DNA of 57,548 bases, the filler included, from Basidioascus undulatus (lineage: Eukaryota): the NCBI GenBank assembly GCA_000826855.1. It is 5 parts of 5 records of this genome, joined end to end, with 100 filler letters (N's around TTAATTAATTAA, not from the genome) between each part and the next. Parts side by side here need not be neighbours in the genome. Positions count along the whole stretch, not along the records: positions 34,595 to 46,022 come from JTLS01001009.1; positions 46,123 to 57,548 come from JTLS01001010.1; 3 more parts are not named here. One strand, given 5' to 3'. Made by a program: the position numbers and the translations under genes. Positions 38,164 to 49,857 of this stretch are shown one piece after another. A model generated the notes under the pieces. That model did no database searches and was not told the origin of the DNA. It worked only from the letters and a program-made list of their open reading frames with translations. Positions within the stretch are counted from its first letter, which is position 1. Each line of letters opens with the position of its first letter.

Positions 38164-38930
38164 TCAATCGCTCCCAAGCTCCCAGGCCGTACCGTCCATG
38201 ATATGAGCAATGAGGTTCTCGTCAACCGGAACTGCGCGAACTTTGCAAAATTGCGAAGGAGCCAAACGCTTGCGGCAACGCCGGATGAAGGCGTCGAGGT
38301 GACCCTGCGTCCCTGCTCTTTCTGTTTTGTAGCGATGGGGTGCCGAGCAGTAGACGTCGAAAAATACAATGACCCTTGGAGAGGCTAGACCGTTTGAATG
38401 AAACTTTGCACGCCTCAAATGGAGGCACTATACCCGTTTTCCAGATCCCCCATGGACACTCGTAGAGGAAGATAGACAAGTTCTGGAACCGGAACAGGCA
38501 GTCCACAATTTCAGTCGACTCGAATGGCATGTGTTGGACAGCCAGGTGAGTAAGTGTGATATGAGAAAGGTTCGATAAGAAGTCCTTGAAACTACCGGAG
38601 TCCCATGCTGCAACGAAGCAGGCTTCCCTGACGTGGGGCACCTCAATTGACGATGGGAACCAGCGGGTGATTAGACGCTCGAGGTTTGGTGCACAAGTGT
38701 CGCTGGCTTCCGTCTCTGTGTCGCCTTAGGTGCATTGGCTGCAGCTGTCCAGTTCTCGGTCAATTATTCCTGGTTTGGGATAAAAATGTTGGCATACTAA
38801 GAAACTTGGCAGCAACCGGGACGGATCATTTCCCCAATTCTTGATGCTCATAATCACCTCGATCGAATGGTACAACTTGGGGGAGAGTGGATGGCGAGTC
38901 GTGCCACTGAACAACTTCAGCACTTCTGAC
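38164..38930 (-). pseudogene. Decayed F-box/LRR-like gene, paralog of 43150-44130
   Basis: Broken frames containing PKLYHSIEV, FLSNLSHITLTHLAVQHMPF, FQNLSIFLYEC and RCRKRLAPSQFCKVRAVPVD, which matches QCRERLTPSQLTKVRTALLD at ~43400. Confidence 0.5.
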
Positions 38931-39997
38931 GAAACCTAATTCTTATGGCTGTTCTATCAAATACATAATGGATGTGTTCAATGACTGTACTGTAGTGTTG
39001 CACCGTAGGTCTTCCGCAAGCTTCCATGCCAGCTGTGTGGTGCTCAATGTTCCCGACTGGTGTGACTCTGGATTGAGACGAGTGAGTGGAGGTAGCTATG
39101 CAGTTATGATACTCTATCATCCAAATCAGAGTGTTTTGTCACCTTATCTGCAGCTGGGTAAGCCGCTTTGAAGCGAGCAACGGATGAATTACACCGCAGA
39201 GCTTGCCGGCGTACTCAGCTTGTATAAGAATGAGAGCCTCAATTGGCCACGACAGCAATGCGAGCCCACCCAAAGTCCTTCTCATTCATTCATCTTACAG
39301 ATTGACCATGAGTGTTGGGGGTGACCTAAGCCCTTATTCAATGAAGAAACGCCTGCTGAAGCACCGCCACTACTGGCTCCCGGTCCTTGGCGCTGGGCGC
39401 ATCCACAGAATTTCTTGGACCGCGCTGTTAATCGATATTGAATTTTTTATTCAGAGCGGCTTTTGCCGGTTCCCAGGGCGTTGAAAGTTTCCAACGCCCG
39501 GGCAGCGGAAGAAAAAGGCAACAAACGCAGAACGCAGCAGGCGCCTGCGTGGGAATCGCTTACAGCGACGGCCGGCTTGCCCGGGTCTTCTCTCGTCGAG
39601 TCAGCGCTGTTGCTCGCAATCCTCGTCGTCGTTCTCTGTCTTGTCGTCGTTCGTGCTAGTGTCGTAGCTGTCGTCAGTCGGAGGGTCACATAGTAATTGC
39701 TCGAGAGCCATGCATAGTAGTCCGGTACTGATGCGATGGCCTCCTGAGACACCCAGTCTTCCTCGCACGTCTTCGCGGCCGCCACCCTCTTTCGCTTCAC
39801 TTTCGTGCCGTGCTTCGTAACCCGCATTCAAATGTGAGTGTTTTCTCTATATATTTTGGAACCGGGGCCGGAGAAGAGGGATGTGTGAAAGGGGGTGGAA
39901 GAGTGGTGTTATTGAGCTGGCGAGCTGGCTGCGAAGACGTTCTTGCAGGGGCAGGGCTCTGACACCCAGCCCTCCGCATCCCCTTCAGCACCCCGCC

Positions 39998-42366
39998 ATG
40001 GTCGCCGCCGAGTCCTCCACCGCGCCCGTCGCGTCCACCTCCAACGGCACCACCGCGCCCGCTGAGCCCCGGGTCACCTTCATGCTCGACAACTATGACT
40101 CCTTCACCTACAACGTTAGTCGCCCATTCCCTTCGAAAGACCTACCGGGCCTTACCCCGCATGCCCTTCACAGCTCTATCAGTATCTCTGTCTCGCCGGC
40201 GCCAACGTCGTCGTCGCCCGCAACGATGCCATCACCATCGCCGAGATCGAAGCCCTCAACCCGCGAAACGTCGTCATCAGTCCCGGCCCCGGCCACCCCA
40301 CGACCGACAGCGGCATCAGCCGCGAGCTGATCAAGACCTTCGCCGGCCGCGTCCCCATCCTCGGCGTATGCATGGGCATGCAGTGCATGTTCGACGCCTT
40401 CGGCGGCGAGGTCTCCCACGCGGGCGAGATCATCCACGGCAAGACGTCCCAGGTCAAGCACGACGGTCGCGGCCTCTTCCGCGACGTGCCTCAGGACATC
40501 CCCTCCACCCGCTACCACTCGCTTGCCCCCAAGCTCTCCACCTTCCCGCCCGAGCTCGCCCTGACCGCGACGACCGCGGAAAGCGGCGTCGTGATGGGCC
40601 TCCGCCACAGGAAGTACACCGTCGAGGGCGTGCAATATCACCCGGAGAGCATTCTTTCCGAGGGCGGGCGCAAGCTCATGGAGAACTTCCTCGCGCTCGA
40701 GGGCGGGACGTGGGCGGAGAACCCGGCCTTCGGCGTCAGCTCGCCTACGAAGCCGCCGCCCGCGCTGGCGTCCACCAAGGGCGTCTCCTCGTCTTCCAAG
40801 CTGCCCACCATCCTCGACAAGATCCAGGCGCAGCGCCTCGTCGACGTCGCGACCGCCAAGGCCTCGCCGGGCAAGACGCCCGCGGACCTCCGCAAGCTGC
40901 TCGAGCTCTCGCTCTGCCCGCCGCAGATCTCCTTCGTCGACCGCGTCCGTGCGGACCCGCTCCGCCCCGCAGTCATGGCCGAGGTCAAGCGCGCCTCCCC
41001 CTCCAAGGGCCTCATCGCCGGCTCCGCCAATGCTGCTGAGCAGGCACTCGCATACGCGCGCGCAGGCGCAAGCGTCATCTCCGTCCTGACCGAGCCGACA
41101 TGGTTCAAGGGCTCGCTCGACGACATGCGCCTCGCCCGCGAGGCCGTCGCGACGCTCCCGAACCGCCCCGCGATCCTCCGCAAGGACTTCATCCTCGACA
41201 CGTACCAGATCGACGAGGCGCGCCTGTACGGCGCCGACAGCGTGCTCCTCATCGTCGCGATGCTCGCGCCCGAGCAGCTCAAGGCGCTGCACACGTACGC
41301 GCTCGGCCTCGGCATCGAGCCCCTGGTCGAGGTCAACAACGCCAAGGAGATGGAGGTCGCGCTCGAGCTCGGCGCGCGCGTCATCGGCGTCAACAACCGC
41401 AACCTGCACGACTTTGAGGTCGACATGGGCACGACGAGCCGCCTCGCCGACATGGTCAAGGGCCGCGACGTCACGCTCTGCGCGCTCAGCGGCATCACGG
41501 GGAGGAAGGACGTCGAGGTCTACATCGACCAGGGCGTCGGCGCCGTCCTCGTCGGCGAGGCGCTCATGCGCTCCGCCGACCCGAAAGCCTTCATCCACGA
41601 GCTCCTCGGCGTTCCTGCCGCCCCCTCCGCTACGACCACCTCCTCCCCCTCCTCCGCCCCGCTCGTCAAGATCTGCGGTCTCTCCACCGTCAAGGATGCC
41701 CTCGTCGCCAAGGACGCAGGCGCCGACTTCCTCGGCCTCATCTTCGCCGAGAAGTCCAAGCGCCGCGTGACCCTTGCGCAGGCGCAAGTGATCGCCGCTG
41801 CGGTCTGCCAAGGCGCCCGCTCGACCGCGAGCGAGCCTGCGCCCGTCTCCCGCACCGCGACCTGGTTCGAGCACCACGCCGCGTCCCTCGCGGCCGCGTC
41901 CTCCGCGCGTCCGCTCCTCGTCGGCGTCTTCCAGAACCAGCCACTCGAAACCATCCTCGCGACCGCGGCGGCCGTCCCGCTCGACCTCGTGCAGCTGCAC
42001 GGGTCCGAGCCTGCTGAGTGGGCTCGCCTCATCCCCGTCCCCGTCATCCGCGTCTTCCACGTCTCCGACGACGGCGCCGGCCTCCGCGACGTCCACCGCG
42101 TCGGGTACAACGCTGCTGTCCTCCTCGACACTGCCACCGGCAAGGGGACGAGCGGCGGTGCCGGCCATGCGTTCGACTGGTCCGTTGCGGAGAAGGTCCG
42201 GCAGCCGTTCGTTTTAGCGGGCGGGCTCGACCCGACGAACGTGAGGGAGGCTGTGGAGAAGGTCCGGCCGTGGGCTGTGGATGTTAGCAGCGGGGTCGAG
42301 ACGGATGGAGTGAAGGACGAGGAGAAGATCAGGGCGCTGTTGAAGGCGGCGAAAGGGACTGCGTAG
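39998..42366 (+). CDS. TRP1: Trifunctional tryptophan biosynthesis protein (anthranilate synthase component II / IGP synthase / PRA isomerase)
   Basis: One intron 40115-40173. LDNYDSFTYN|LYQYL, ISPGPGHP, GVCMGMQ, RYHSL, GVQYHPES (GATase); AEVKRASPSKG, ISVLTEP, LRKDFI, IGVNNRNL, LVGEALM (IGPS); VKICGL, VQLHGSE, LAGGLDP, VDVSSGVE (PRAI). Confidence 0.98.
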
Positions 42367-43149
42367 AGATAGGAGGACATTGATGCATGATTGGATGCTC
42401 TGCGACAGGCGGATCTTGCGTGCGTGCTGTCGTAGGGACATCGTGTCCGAAGACATAGCACAGCCAGCGCAACAGGGAAAAATTCGGATTGTGTTTATCA
42501 TTGACAGGGAGGCGTTTGGGCGCCGGACGATGTATGCCACAGTCAGGCTGCTGTGAAGGGCTCTGGAAGCTTCGAGCGGACCTGAAGAAGACATTAAGCT
42601 GCATTGGTAGCACCGTCGACGTGTTCAGATGTCTGAGACTCAGTAGTGGTTGTTTGGCCCACATATGCTCAGATCGTCTATGCATATCGTCTGTTGTTCA
42701 GAGGTTGTGGTTGCGTGTGGCGATTGTTTGGACAGTTCAGCAGTCGCATAGCGACACTGGCCCATATAGCATTTGGGTGTCGTAGCAACCTTGAATCCTT
42801 GATGCCACTGTTTAGCCCCGCACTAGGTATCACTTATGACCAAACTGAGCAAGCTTACCTCTCTGAAACCAACAGTCAAAGGTAGTCCAAGGTCATCTCG
42901 TCGTAGCCGAGTGTCACCTTCGTGTAGCCCATGCTATATTCCAGTTTGGTTGACCTTGAAAGGAATCAAGGCTGTTTTAGTCGTGGTATGCCCTCTTCCA
43001 TCACCTTTGGCGTCAACCGTTGATGAATGAGCCTGCTCCAGAGTGACCTGCTCCAGAGTGACGTGCAGATACGCCAAAGCAGAAAGGCTGTCAAGGGCGT
43101 TGTGTTCGGACAAGAACTTCCGCGACTAATTGGAGTGCCGATTCCATAG

Positions 43150-44130
43150 ACTTAAGTTGTTTGCATGGCAGAGCGCCAACTACGTGATGTCCATATGAAT
43201 CCAAGGCAACGTGAGCAGTATGTAACCGGAGAGAGAAGGTAGCGGCAGTGCCTGCCCAAAGCTGTCAAGTCGCACAAGTAGGACCACTGAGATGTTTGCA
43301 ACATTGTGAAAATATTCATGAAACAATCAATGAGGAGGAGCCGTCGAGCAAAGCCGTGCGAACTTTTGTGAGCTGTGAAGGGGTCAAACGCTCGCGGCAT
43401 TGCCGTTTTGAAGGCATCGAGCTAGTCCTGCGTCTCTTCTTTGAGCCTCGGATCGGAACCATTTCCGAAGACGACAGTGACGCTTTTGAGAGACCCGGCT
43501 TCTTAGAGGAAGCGTTCAAGACCTTCGACGGAGGGACTGTAGTGGTCGTTCATATCCCACCAGAGACATGCGCAGATGAGAATGTACAGATTTGGAAATT
43601 GTACCAGGTAGCTCATACCTTCGGCCAAATCGAACGGCATTTCTTCGACAGCTAGGCGAGTAAGCTTTGTTAAAGAAAGGTTCGATAGGAGTCAATTGAA
43701 TAATTCAAGTCGAGTTCTCCAAAGAGGCAGGCTTCCGCAACGTTTGGTGCGTGAATGTCCGATGGGAAGCTGCGAGAATAGCCAGACGCTCCAGATTTGG
43801 AGCGTAACCCTCGATATCATTCAAGAATTTGCGGCCCTCCAGGTTGGCGCCCTTGAGGATGACCGACCGCACGAGCGGACGAAGGTGAGATCCCGCTTGA
43901 AGAGTGGCGAAAGGCAGAGGAAGCGATGCAGATCGCTTCCTGGCGTCGAGGACGAAAAGTCCAAGCGCGCGTAAAGAAGTGGAGTTGCGTGAGGGTTGAG
44001 CTCCCTCGAGGCAAGGTATACTAAAAGCGCACGTAGCTGAGTCCGAAGTGTACGCGCGAGGGTGAGGCGGTGCGGCCACCTCGTCGACGATGAGTTTCAG
44101 AACGTCGACCGGGGGCTCTGGAGAGGACAA
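43150..44130 (-). pseudogene. Decayed F-box/LRR-like gene
   Basis: SSPEPPVDVLKLIVDEVAAPPHPRAYTSDSATCA[fs]LASRELNPHATPLLYARLDFS...HLRPLVRSVIL...APNLERLAI; no proper ATG, several frameshifts and stops; clearly related to 9401-10049 (PAHPLSYIRDSATSA). Confidence 0.6.
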
Positions 44131-45701
44131 TGGGAGTACACGTGATGCTGCTGCGATGCTGTTCGGTATACAAATTTGAAGGTTATTTGAGTGATCTCTG
44201 GCGGTGGGGGTTGATGGTTGAACAGACGGTCGTGGTGCGTTGGAAGAAGCGGATGCGGTCCGTCAGCGGCAGGGACGAGCGGACTCAATTCAAGGCCAGA
44301 GCCACATGCTGCCCACACTGGTACCCAACGCGCTCTACTACGGTCGCATTTCATTCGGTGAAAAGGCCTTAGGAGCTTGTTTTTCAAGACACAGGTACAA
44401 GTACACGCTGGGTGTGTGGATGGACTATAATGGCCAGGAGCGCCGCGGTGAGGAGGCCGACATGCCAGCCCACAGGTCCATAGAAGGACGACCTGTTATG
44501 TCTAAACAGCTAACCTCGGAGTTTAGGGTAAGGAGCGCAGTAAGTCTACTAGTTAGTACGAGAGCACCCGAGATACAGCGTTCCCATTCAGTTAACTGCA
44601 GCCCTCGGGAAGAACCTTTGGTATAAGGGGGGTGTACTACGGGTCAACTGGAGTTCGACTGTGAACATCAGCAGTGACAAGAAATTAACTGTCTCAAGAT
44701 GCAGTGCATCTCGAGGTTAAGGCCTGAAAAGCACAAATAAGGGACCTAAGACCACTGCGCTCACGGGAATGTGATCGACCAAAGTTGCGATATCAACTTG
44801 AAGTGGCTCGAATGCCTGGAAATATATCCGAATCGACAGATTATCCGACAAAAATGCACACAGCGACAAGGCAATGCGTCAACGGCCTTTTCGTCAGCAA
44901 CAGAGCGTGCGGGACGTGTTGGCCACGCCTGCATCTGTTCCCAGGACCTCAATTTCCCCTAGTATCAGTGAATATGACCTTAGAGTAGAAGCTCATTTCC
45001 AAAGCCATAAAGCTCTTCGAACAAGCAGTAGTAGAGGCTTTCTCTGCCATAATGTGACATCTCGGTCGGAAAAATGCGAACAAATCCATGGAACGAGAGC
45101 AATCGACACTTCCGAGGAAAAGTTTGGAAAGCCGTGTTGATTTATCAATTATAGTCTAAAAGGTGGTAAGATAAAATTGAATACGACAGGCTGGCCGCGG
45201 TCGTGAGCTATGAACCAGGCCTGCGGCAGGTGGCTGAGTGCGAGCGGCTGCAGGTCAGGTTGGAGGAGAACGGCTCCGGCTCTGGCGCCGGATTGTGAGC
45301 AGATTAAGACAGCCCGATCGGGGAGGGCTCACTAAGCACTGTGTATCATAGCGGATCCGGTGAGAGGAGGGCCCAAGGCATGGAGGGACGTTGAAGGGAG
45401 TCTGGGATTGCAGGAGCGAGGAGCACCAGCGGTGCTTGAAATTGGCAACTACAGTTTAAAAAATAGTCATTTTATTAAGCAGGCTAGCCCAATAGCTGCT
45501 TGACCAAGGCGACTTTCGCTTTACACAAGGCCAGCTCCTTCTTGTGCACGGCGCATTGACGCGCAGCCACGACGGTGCATGCGCGCAGCCGCTACTGACT
45601 CATTGGAACGAGCATAGGGTTCCAGAACAACTTTAGCTGTTATGAAGCAAGATCGCAGATACAAAGAGGTACTCGTATATATAGGAGAGGAGTAAAGATA
45701 G

Positions 45702-46022
45702 TTACGCCAGTCCAACATCTCCAGTCAAATCCTATGGGCATCCGCAACAGACAATCCGTCGATGTTTTCTCGATATTCATTTGCGATCGCGATAAAACGA
45801 AACATAAGTCAACCCGCTATCAGTCGTCCCCACAGACGCCTCGTTCTGCGTACTCACCGCCTGGCTGTCGGGCACGACCCCGTCGTCCTCCGCCTGAGGC
45901 GGCGGCGCGTTCGGCGGGGGACGATCACGGTTCGCCGACGGACGCGCGGGGGAGAAGAGGCTGAACGCTTTGGCGATGATGCCAGTGCGCTTTGGCTCGG
46001 CGGGCGGGGGGGAGACGGGAGG
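45702..46022 (-). CDS. 3' end of an unidentified gene, 5'-truncated at contig end
   Basis: PPVSPPPAEPKRTGIIAKAFSLFSPARPSANRD...EDDGVVPDSQA, GTGAGT donor, probable last exon DLTGDVGLA* (TAA 45704-45702). Confidence 0.5.
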
Positions 46023-46122
46023 NNNNNNNNNNNNNNNNNNNNNNNNNNNNNNNNNNNNNNNNNNNNTTAATTAATTAANNNNNNNNNNNNNNNNNNNNNN
46101 NNNNNNNNNNNNNNNNNNNNNN
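46023..46122. other. Artificial 100-bp contig linker
   Basis: N-run/TTAATTAATTAA/N-run. Confidence 0.97.
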
Positions 46123-48531
46123 ATCCTCCCTTCCCAATACGCATCCCACTCTGCCTAACTTACCTTACCCACCTCGCACAATCCTTTGCTTGCTACGCTA
46201 GGCTACACACGCTTAATGCACGCACCGTCACGACCCACGACTACTTGCGATCTGACAGTTTGAGGTCTGGCAGTCTGGTGCATTCAGCTGAGCTGCGATC
46301 GTCGGAAAACGATGGGTTCCACCACAAAAGGGCAAAAACCTCGCCTCACTTCGAACATCCGGGTCTCTGTTTGCGCCGTCTCGCTTCCTCGGCGAGCGGC
46401 TGGTGCTTTGTACTCGTGCAAGGCGGGAGCTCCAGCTTGCGCTCGCGGGGTGAGGACCTTGAACAGGTTAATGGCAGCGTCACGGTGACTGCCACTCGTC
46501 CTTCCCTTTCCTGGTGGGCTGTCTTACAATCATACTGCGCCACCTCCCGCACAAGGACTCGGATTGTCTTGCGAAGCTCACGGAAATCGGACAGCCATGT
46601 GCAACAGAGGTTTCGTCCACGCTCGTAAAATGTTCGTGAGCAATGTAAAGCTGTGTCCGGGGAGGGAGTTTATATCAAACAACAAGCTCTGTAGTGCAAA
46701 GAAATGATTAGGTCTTCTGAATTAGGAAATTATCTATGCGGTGAGTTCGGACGACCTATATTTGAGAACGCACGACTTGTCGCCGCGCAAGGACAGTCTG
46801 TAGTAGCCAGCCCTGCACTTGCTGACCACTCACCTGCAGGAGTACCAAGATGTGTTTGAGATTCCATCAGGTCTTCAAGGATATCTCAAAGTTGGACGCA
46901 CCTCGACTTCCAGCATTCGACGTTGAACTTGTCCACCCCCTCAATGTGGAGACAGTTGACGCCCTCGCCGGTGCTCACGCTTACATAGTAGCCCCGCGGG
47001 CGGTCCCATCCTTCTACAAGAAGCGCATGCTCGGAGAGCAATATCTCAAGTATTTCAGTCAACAACGCGCCTTGGCCGTGTGCGGAAATCCACACACGGA
47101 CAAATGCTGAAGGTCGCAGCTTCGAAGTCATCGCGCAAAAGACAACAGGAACTGTGAGATGCGGCATGGCCCAACCTCCTGAGGAGATTTACAGGTTGAG
47201 GAAGAAGATTGAAGGACACTGTTCAATCGGAGTTTCCAGTGGCAACAGAGAGCGACACCGTCGGAAGGTGTAATGCTGCTGTGTTGCTTTCCGCCATGCG
47301 CCTCTAGTGGGGCTCGATAGAATCGCAGTGGCATCATTCCTTGTTGGGTATGACCTTCTTGTTTGTTGATTTCGAAGTTGAATCACTGTGTGAATACGGT
47401 GCCTATACGTAGCAAGTCGATACACGCATGGCGCAGACTAACAAGCCTTGACAGGCCGACAGCCAGCGACAACCTCCCTGCCTTCACATCCTGCAAACCT
47501 ACTCATTAGTTCAGTGGTAGAGAATGTTCGACCTGAAGCTGCTTCTTCATGATCTCATTAAAAATTGCTCGTCATGCCTCTCCCACGGAGTCTGCTGATG
47601 AGTGGAGGATGTGATGCTCTGGGGACGTGCATCACAGTCAAGAGGCCTTGATCTTCATCAAGAAGTGCCGGTAAGCCTTTTCTGGATGTAAGGTGACTTT
47701 AAGAATTCCGTTACATGAGTGGATTAGAGTACTGATGCGGCACAAGCAGTCCAAACGACGTCTTGTAGCACATAGCCTCGTTCTGTGTGCACCCTGCCAC
47801 TCGGCATGCGGAAGGGCGGGACGCGGGGAAGGGTATCGAGGCAGATATAGGCTGGGATAAGGTTATGTCTGGCTCACTGGCTGTCTTGATGGCCAATTAT
47901 GCCGAGCATTAAAGACGAAGTGAGCACTACGCCGGCCACGACCCCGCTGGCAAAGTTCGCGTCGGACGCCTATCGCTGCCCTCATCCAGATTCCTTTATA
48001 TTGAAAAACAGTGAGACATTGTACGTTAATTGTTTGGCTTATTCGCCTACAGCTTTGTAGAGCTCCTGCCGTGCATTCATTTTTCGTACTGACAATTTGT
48101 CCGTTCGTTAGGTAGCGGGTGCTTTGAATCCTCGCTTCTCGCGCGGATTACCAAATACCCCATTGGGGTACTCATTCGAGAATAACTATCCCATTATTTT
48201 CGAGGCGTTGTAGAAAGCGTGTATCATAGTATTTGAGGCGAATCCATCATGACAACTCACCCAACCTAGCGGCCGCACCGTGCAGGCTGCCACCACATTG
48301 CGACGCAGCTCCCCGCTTGCTGCTCTTTTTGTCTGAAAACATTCGACTTGTCCGCTCAGAATGGACTGTGGCCCGTGTGCGCTGCCACATGAAACTGTCG
48401 TACTGCCAGCGGCATAGGCTGTCGCAGCCGAACGTTGATGACTCGCTTTGATAGCATGCTACATAAATTCCTCGGGTTGTCCTCTGACCATCATGTTATT
48501 GCCCTTTCTCATAGTCCCTTGCGTATCGGCT

Positions 48532-49575
48532 ATGGACCGCCTTCCCAATGAAGCTGCTAATCGAAATTCTCTCGTTCCTCCTCGCCTCAACGACCGCCGG
48601 GGTGCTCGCGCTCGAAACCGCGGGCGCCAGCCAATACCAACCACTTCGCCAACCGCAAAATACATCGCAACCGCCTCCGTCTATGCTCGAGCGCTCGCAT
48701 CGACCTCCTCTCTCCTGCACATCAGTCCCGCGTACGCGCTCCCGCTCGTCTCGCACTGCTTCCGCGCGCTCTCGATCCCGCTGCTCCAGACGCACTCCGA
48801 GATCTGGTGCAAGCGGGACGCGCGCCTCCTCACGCGTCCCCCGACCGGCGTCCTCGATCGCCGCTTCTCCACGCCGTCCTCGGCGCGGCGGCGGCTCGTC
48901 TCGCTTGTTCTCGGCCCGCAGGCGCCGTTCGAGCCTGGGACGTACGTCGCACTGCTCCAGTGCCGGGCGACGCTCACGACGCTCAACGTCTCGTTCGACG
49001 ACGTCCTCCTATTGAGCGACGTCATGGCTGTGTTCAAAGTCCTCCGCCTCCTCCGCGCGCGCTTCGTCCGCTTTGCGCTCGAGCACGTCCCACTTTTTTC
49101 CAGCACACGCGAGATCTGCACCTTGCTGGCGTGTTGGGCACGAGCCGGCCTGGAGACGTTCGTATACCTTGGACGGTGGAAGCGCTTCGATGCCAGTATG
49201 TGGGCGAGCTTGGAGGGCGTCTGGTGTGCGAGCATCAGGGGCCTGGGGCAGCGGGAGGACCTGCGCGGGACGCAGCTGAAGGTCGAACTTCAGGCGCTCG
49301 TCGATGGGCCGCTGAAACTGCGGTCACTGCGGAGGCTCGAAATCGACGAGGTCGAGCCGCTTTTCGCGCGCGAGTTTGTGCGGTGGGGGCGTGGTCTAGG
49401 GGACCGTGCGGACGTTGTGCGATGGGCGGTCAAAGGGCCCGGCGCGCGCCCTGTGAATGGGCAGATGTGGCCGAAGCAGACGTGGTACGGGCTTGAGGAG
49501 GAGGACACGGTTCGGGTGCTGCAGGAGGCGACGGATGTTGTCAACGAGCGGGCTGTTAATATACGATACGAGTGA
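48532..49575 (+). CDS. F-box-like protein whose F-box motif is split across frames (ORF still open)
   Basis: ATG 48532 MDRLPNE; the expected continuation LLIEILSFLL is in the +1 frame; the original frame later reads ALPLVSHCFRALSIPLLQTH followed by LRR-like strands (LRSLRRLEIDEV). Confidence 0.55.
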   Translation: MDRLPNEAANRNSLVPPRLNDRRGARARNRGRQPIPTTSPTAKYIATASVYARALASTSSLLHISPAYALPLVSHCFRALSIPLLQTHSEIWCKRDARLLTRPPTGVLDRRFSTPSSARRRLVSLVLGPQAPFEPGTYVALLQCRATLTTLNVSFDDVLLLSDVMAVFKVLRLLRARFVRFALEHVPLFSSTREICTLLACWARAGLETFVYLGRWKRFDASMWASLEGVWCASIRGLGQREDLRGTQLKVELQALVDGPLKLRSLRRLEIDEVEPLFAREFVRWGRGLGDRADVVRWAVKGPGARPVNGQMWPKQTWYGLEEEDTVRVLQEATDVVNERAVNIRYE

Positions 49576-49857
49576 ACGCTTGTTCATAGTTACAGGGTTG
49601 GTCACTGTTAGCAAGTTTCTCTGGTACATACATAAACCACGAACATCACGTCTCCTGATGCGTCTCCTGATGGTCGTAGGGTTTCAGAGGCACAACGACA
49701 GTCCACATTTCTAAGAAGTGACCCGAAAGGACCTAATGTGCCTTTTGCAGTGCTCGTAACGCTCACATGCTGCGCAGCTCGCTTTCCATGCGAGACCAAA
49801 CCGCAGTCCAGCCTTTCCACTCGTGAAGCCAGCAGCGGCCAGCAATTCATGCTTTGT

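Noticed and set aside
39447..39827. Small ORF divergent from TRP1 (MRVTKHGTKVKRKR...)
   Set aside because: No recognisable homology and the plausible acidic segment is in another frame; cannot be supported as a gene.
40168..42168. 666-aa antisense ORF over TRP1, and similar long antisense or alternative-frame ORFs over DNMT5 and the C1 gene
   Set aside because: Expected shadow of strong GC3 codon bias; low-complexity translations without motifs.
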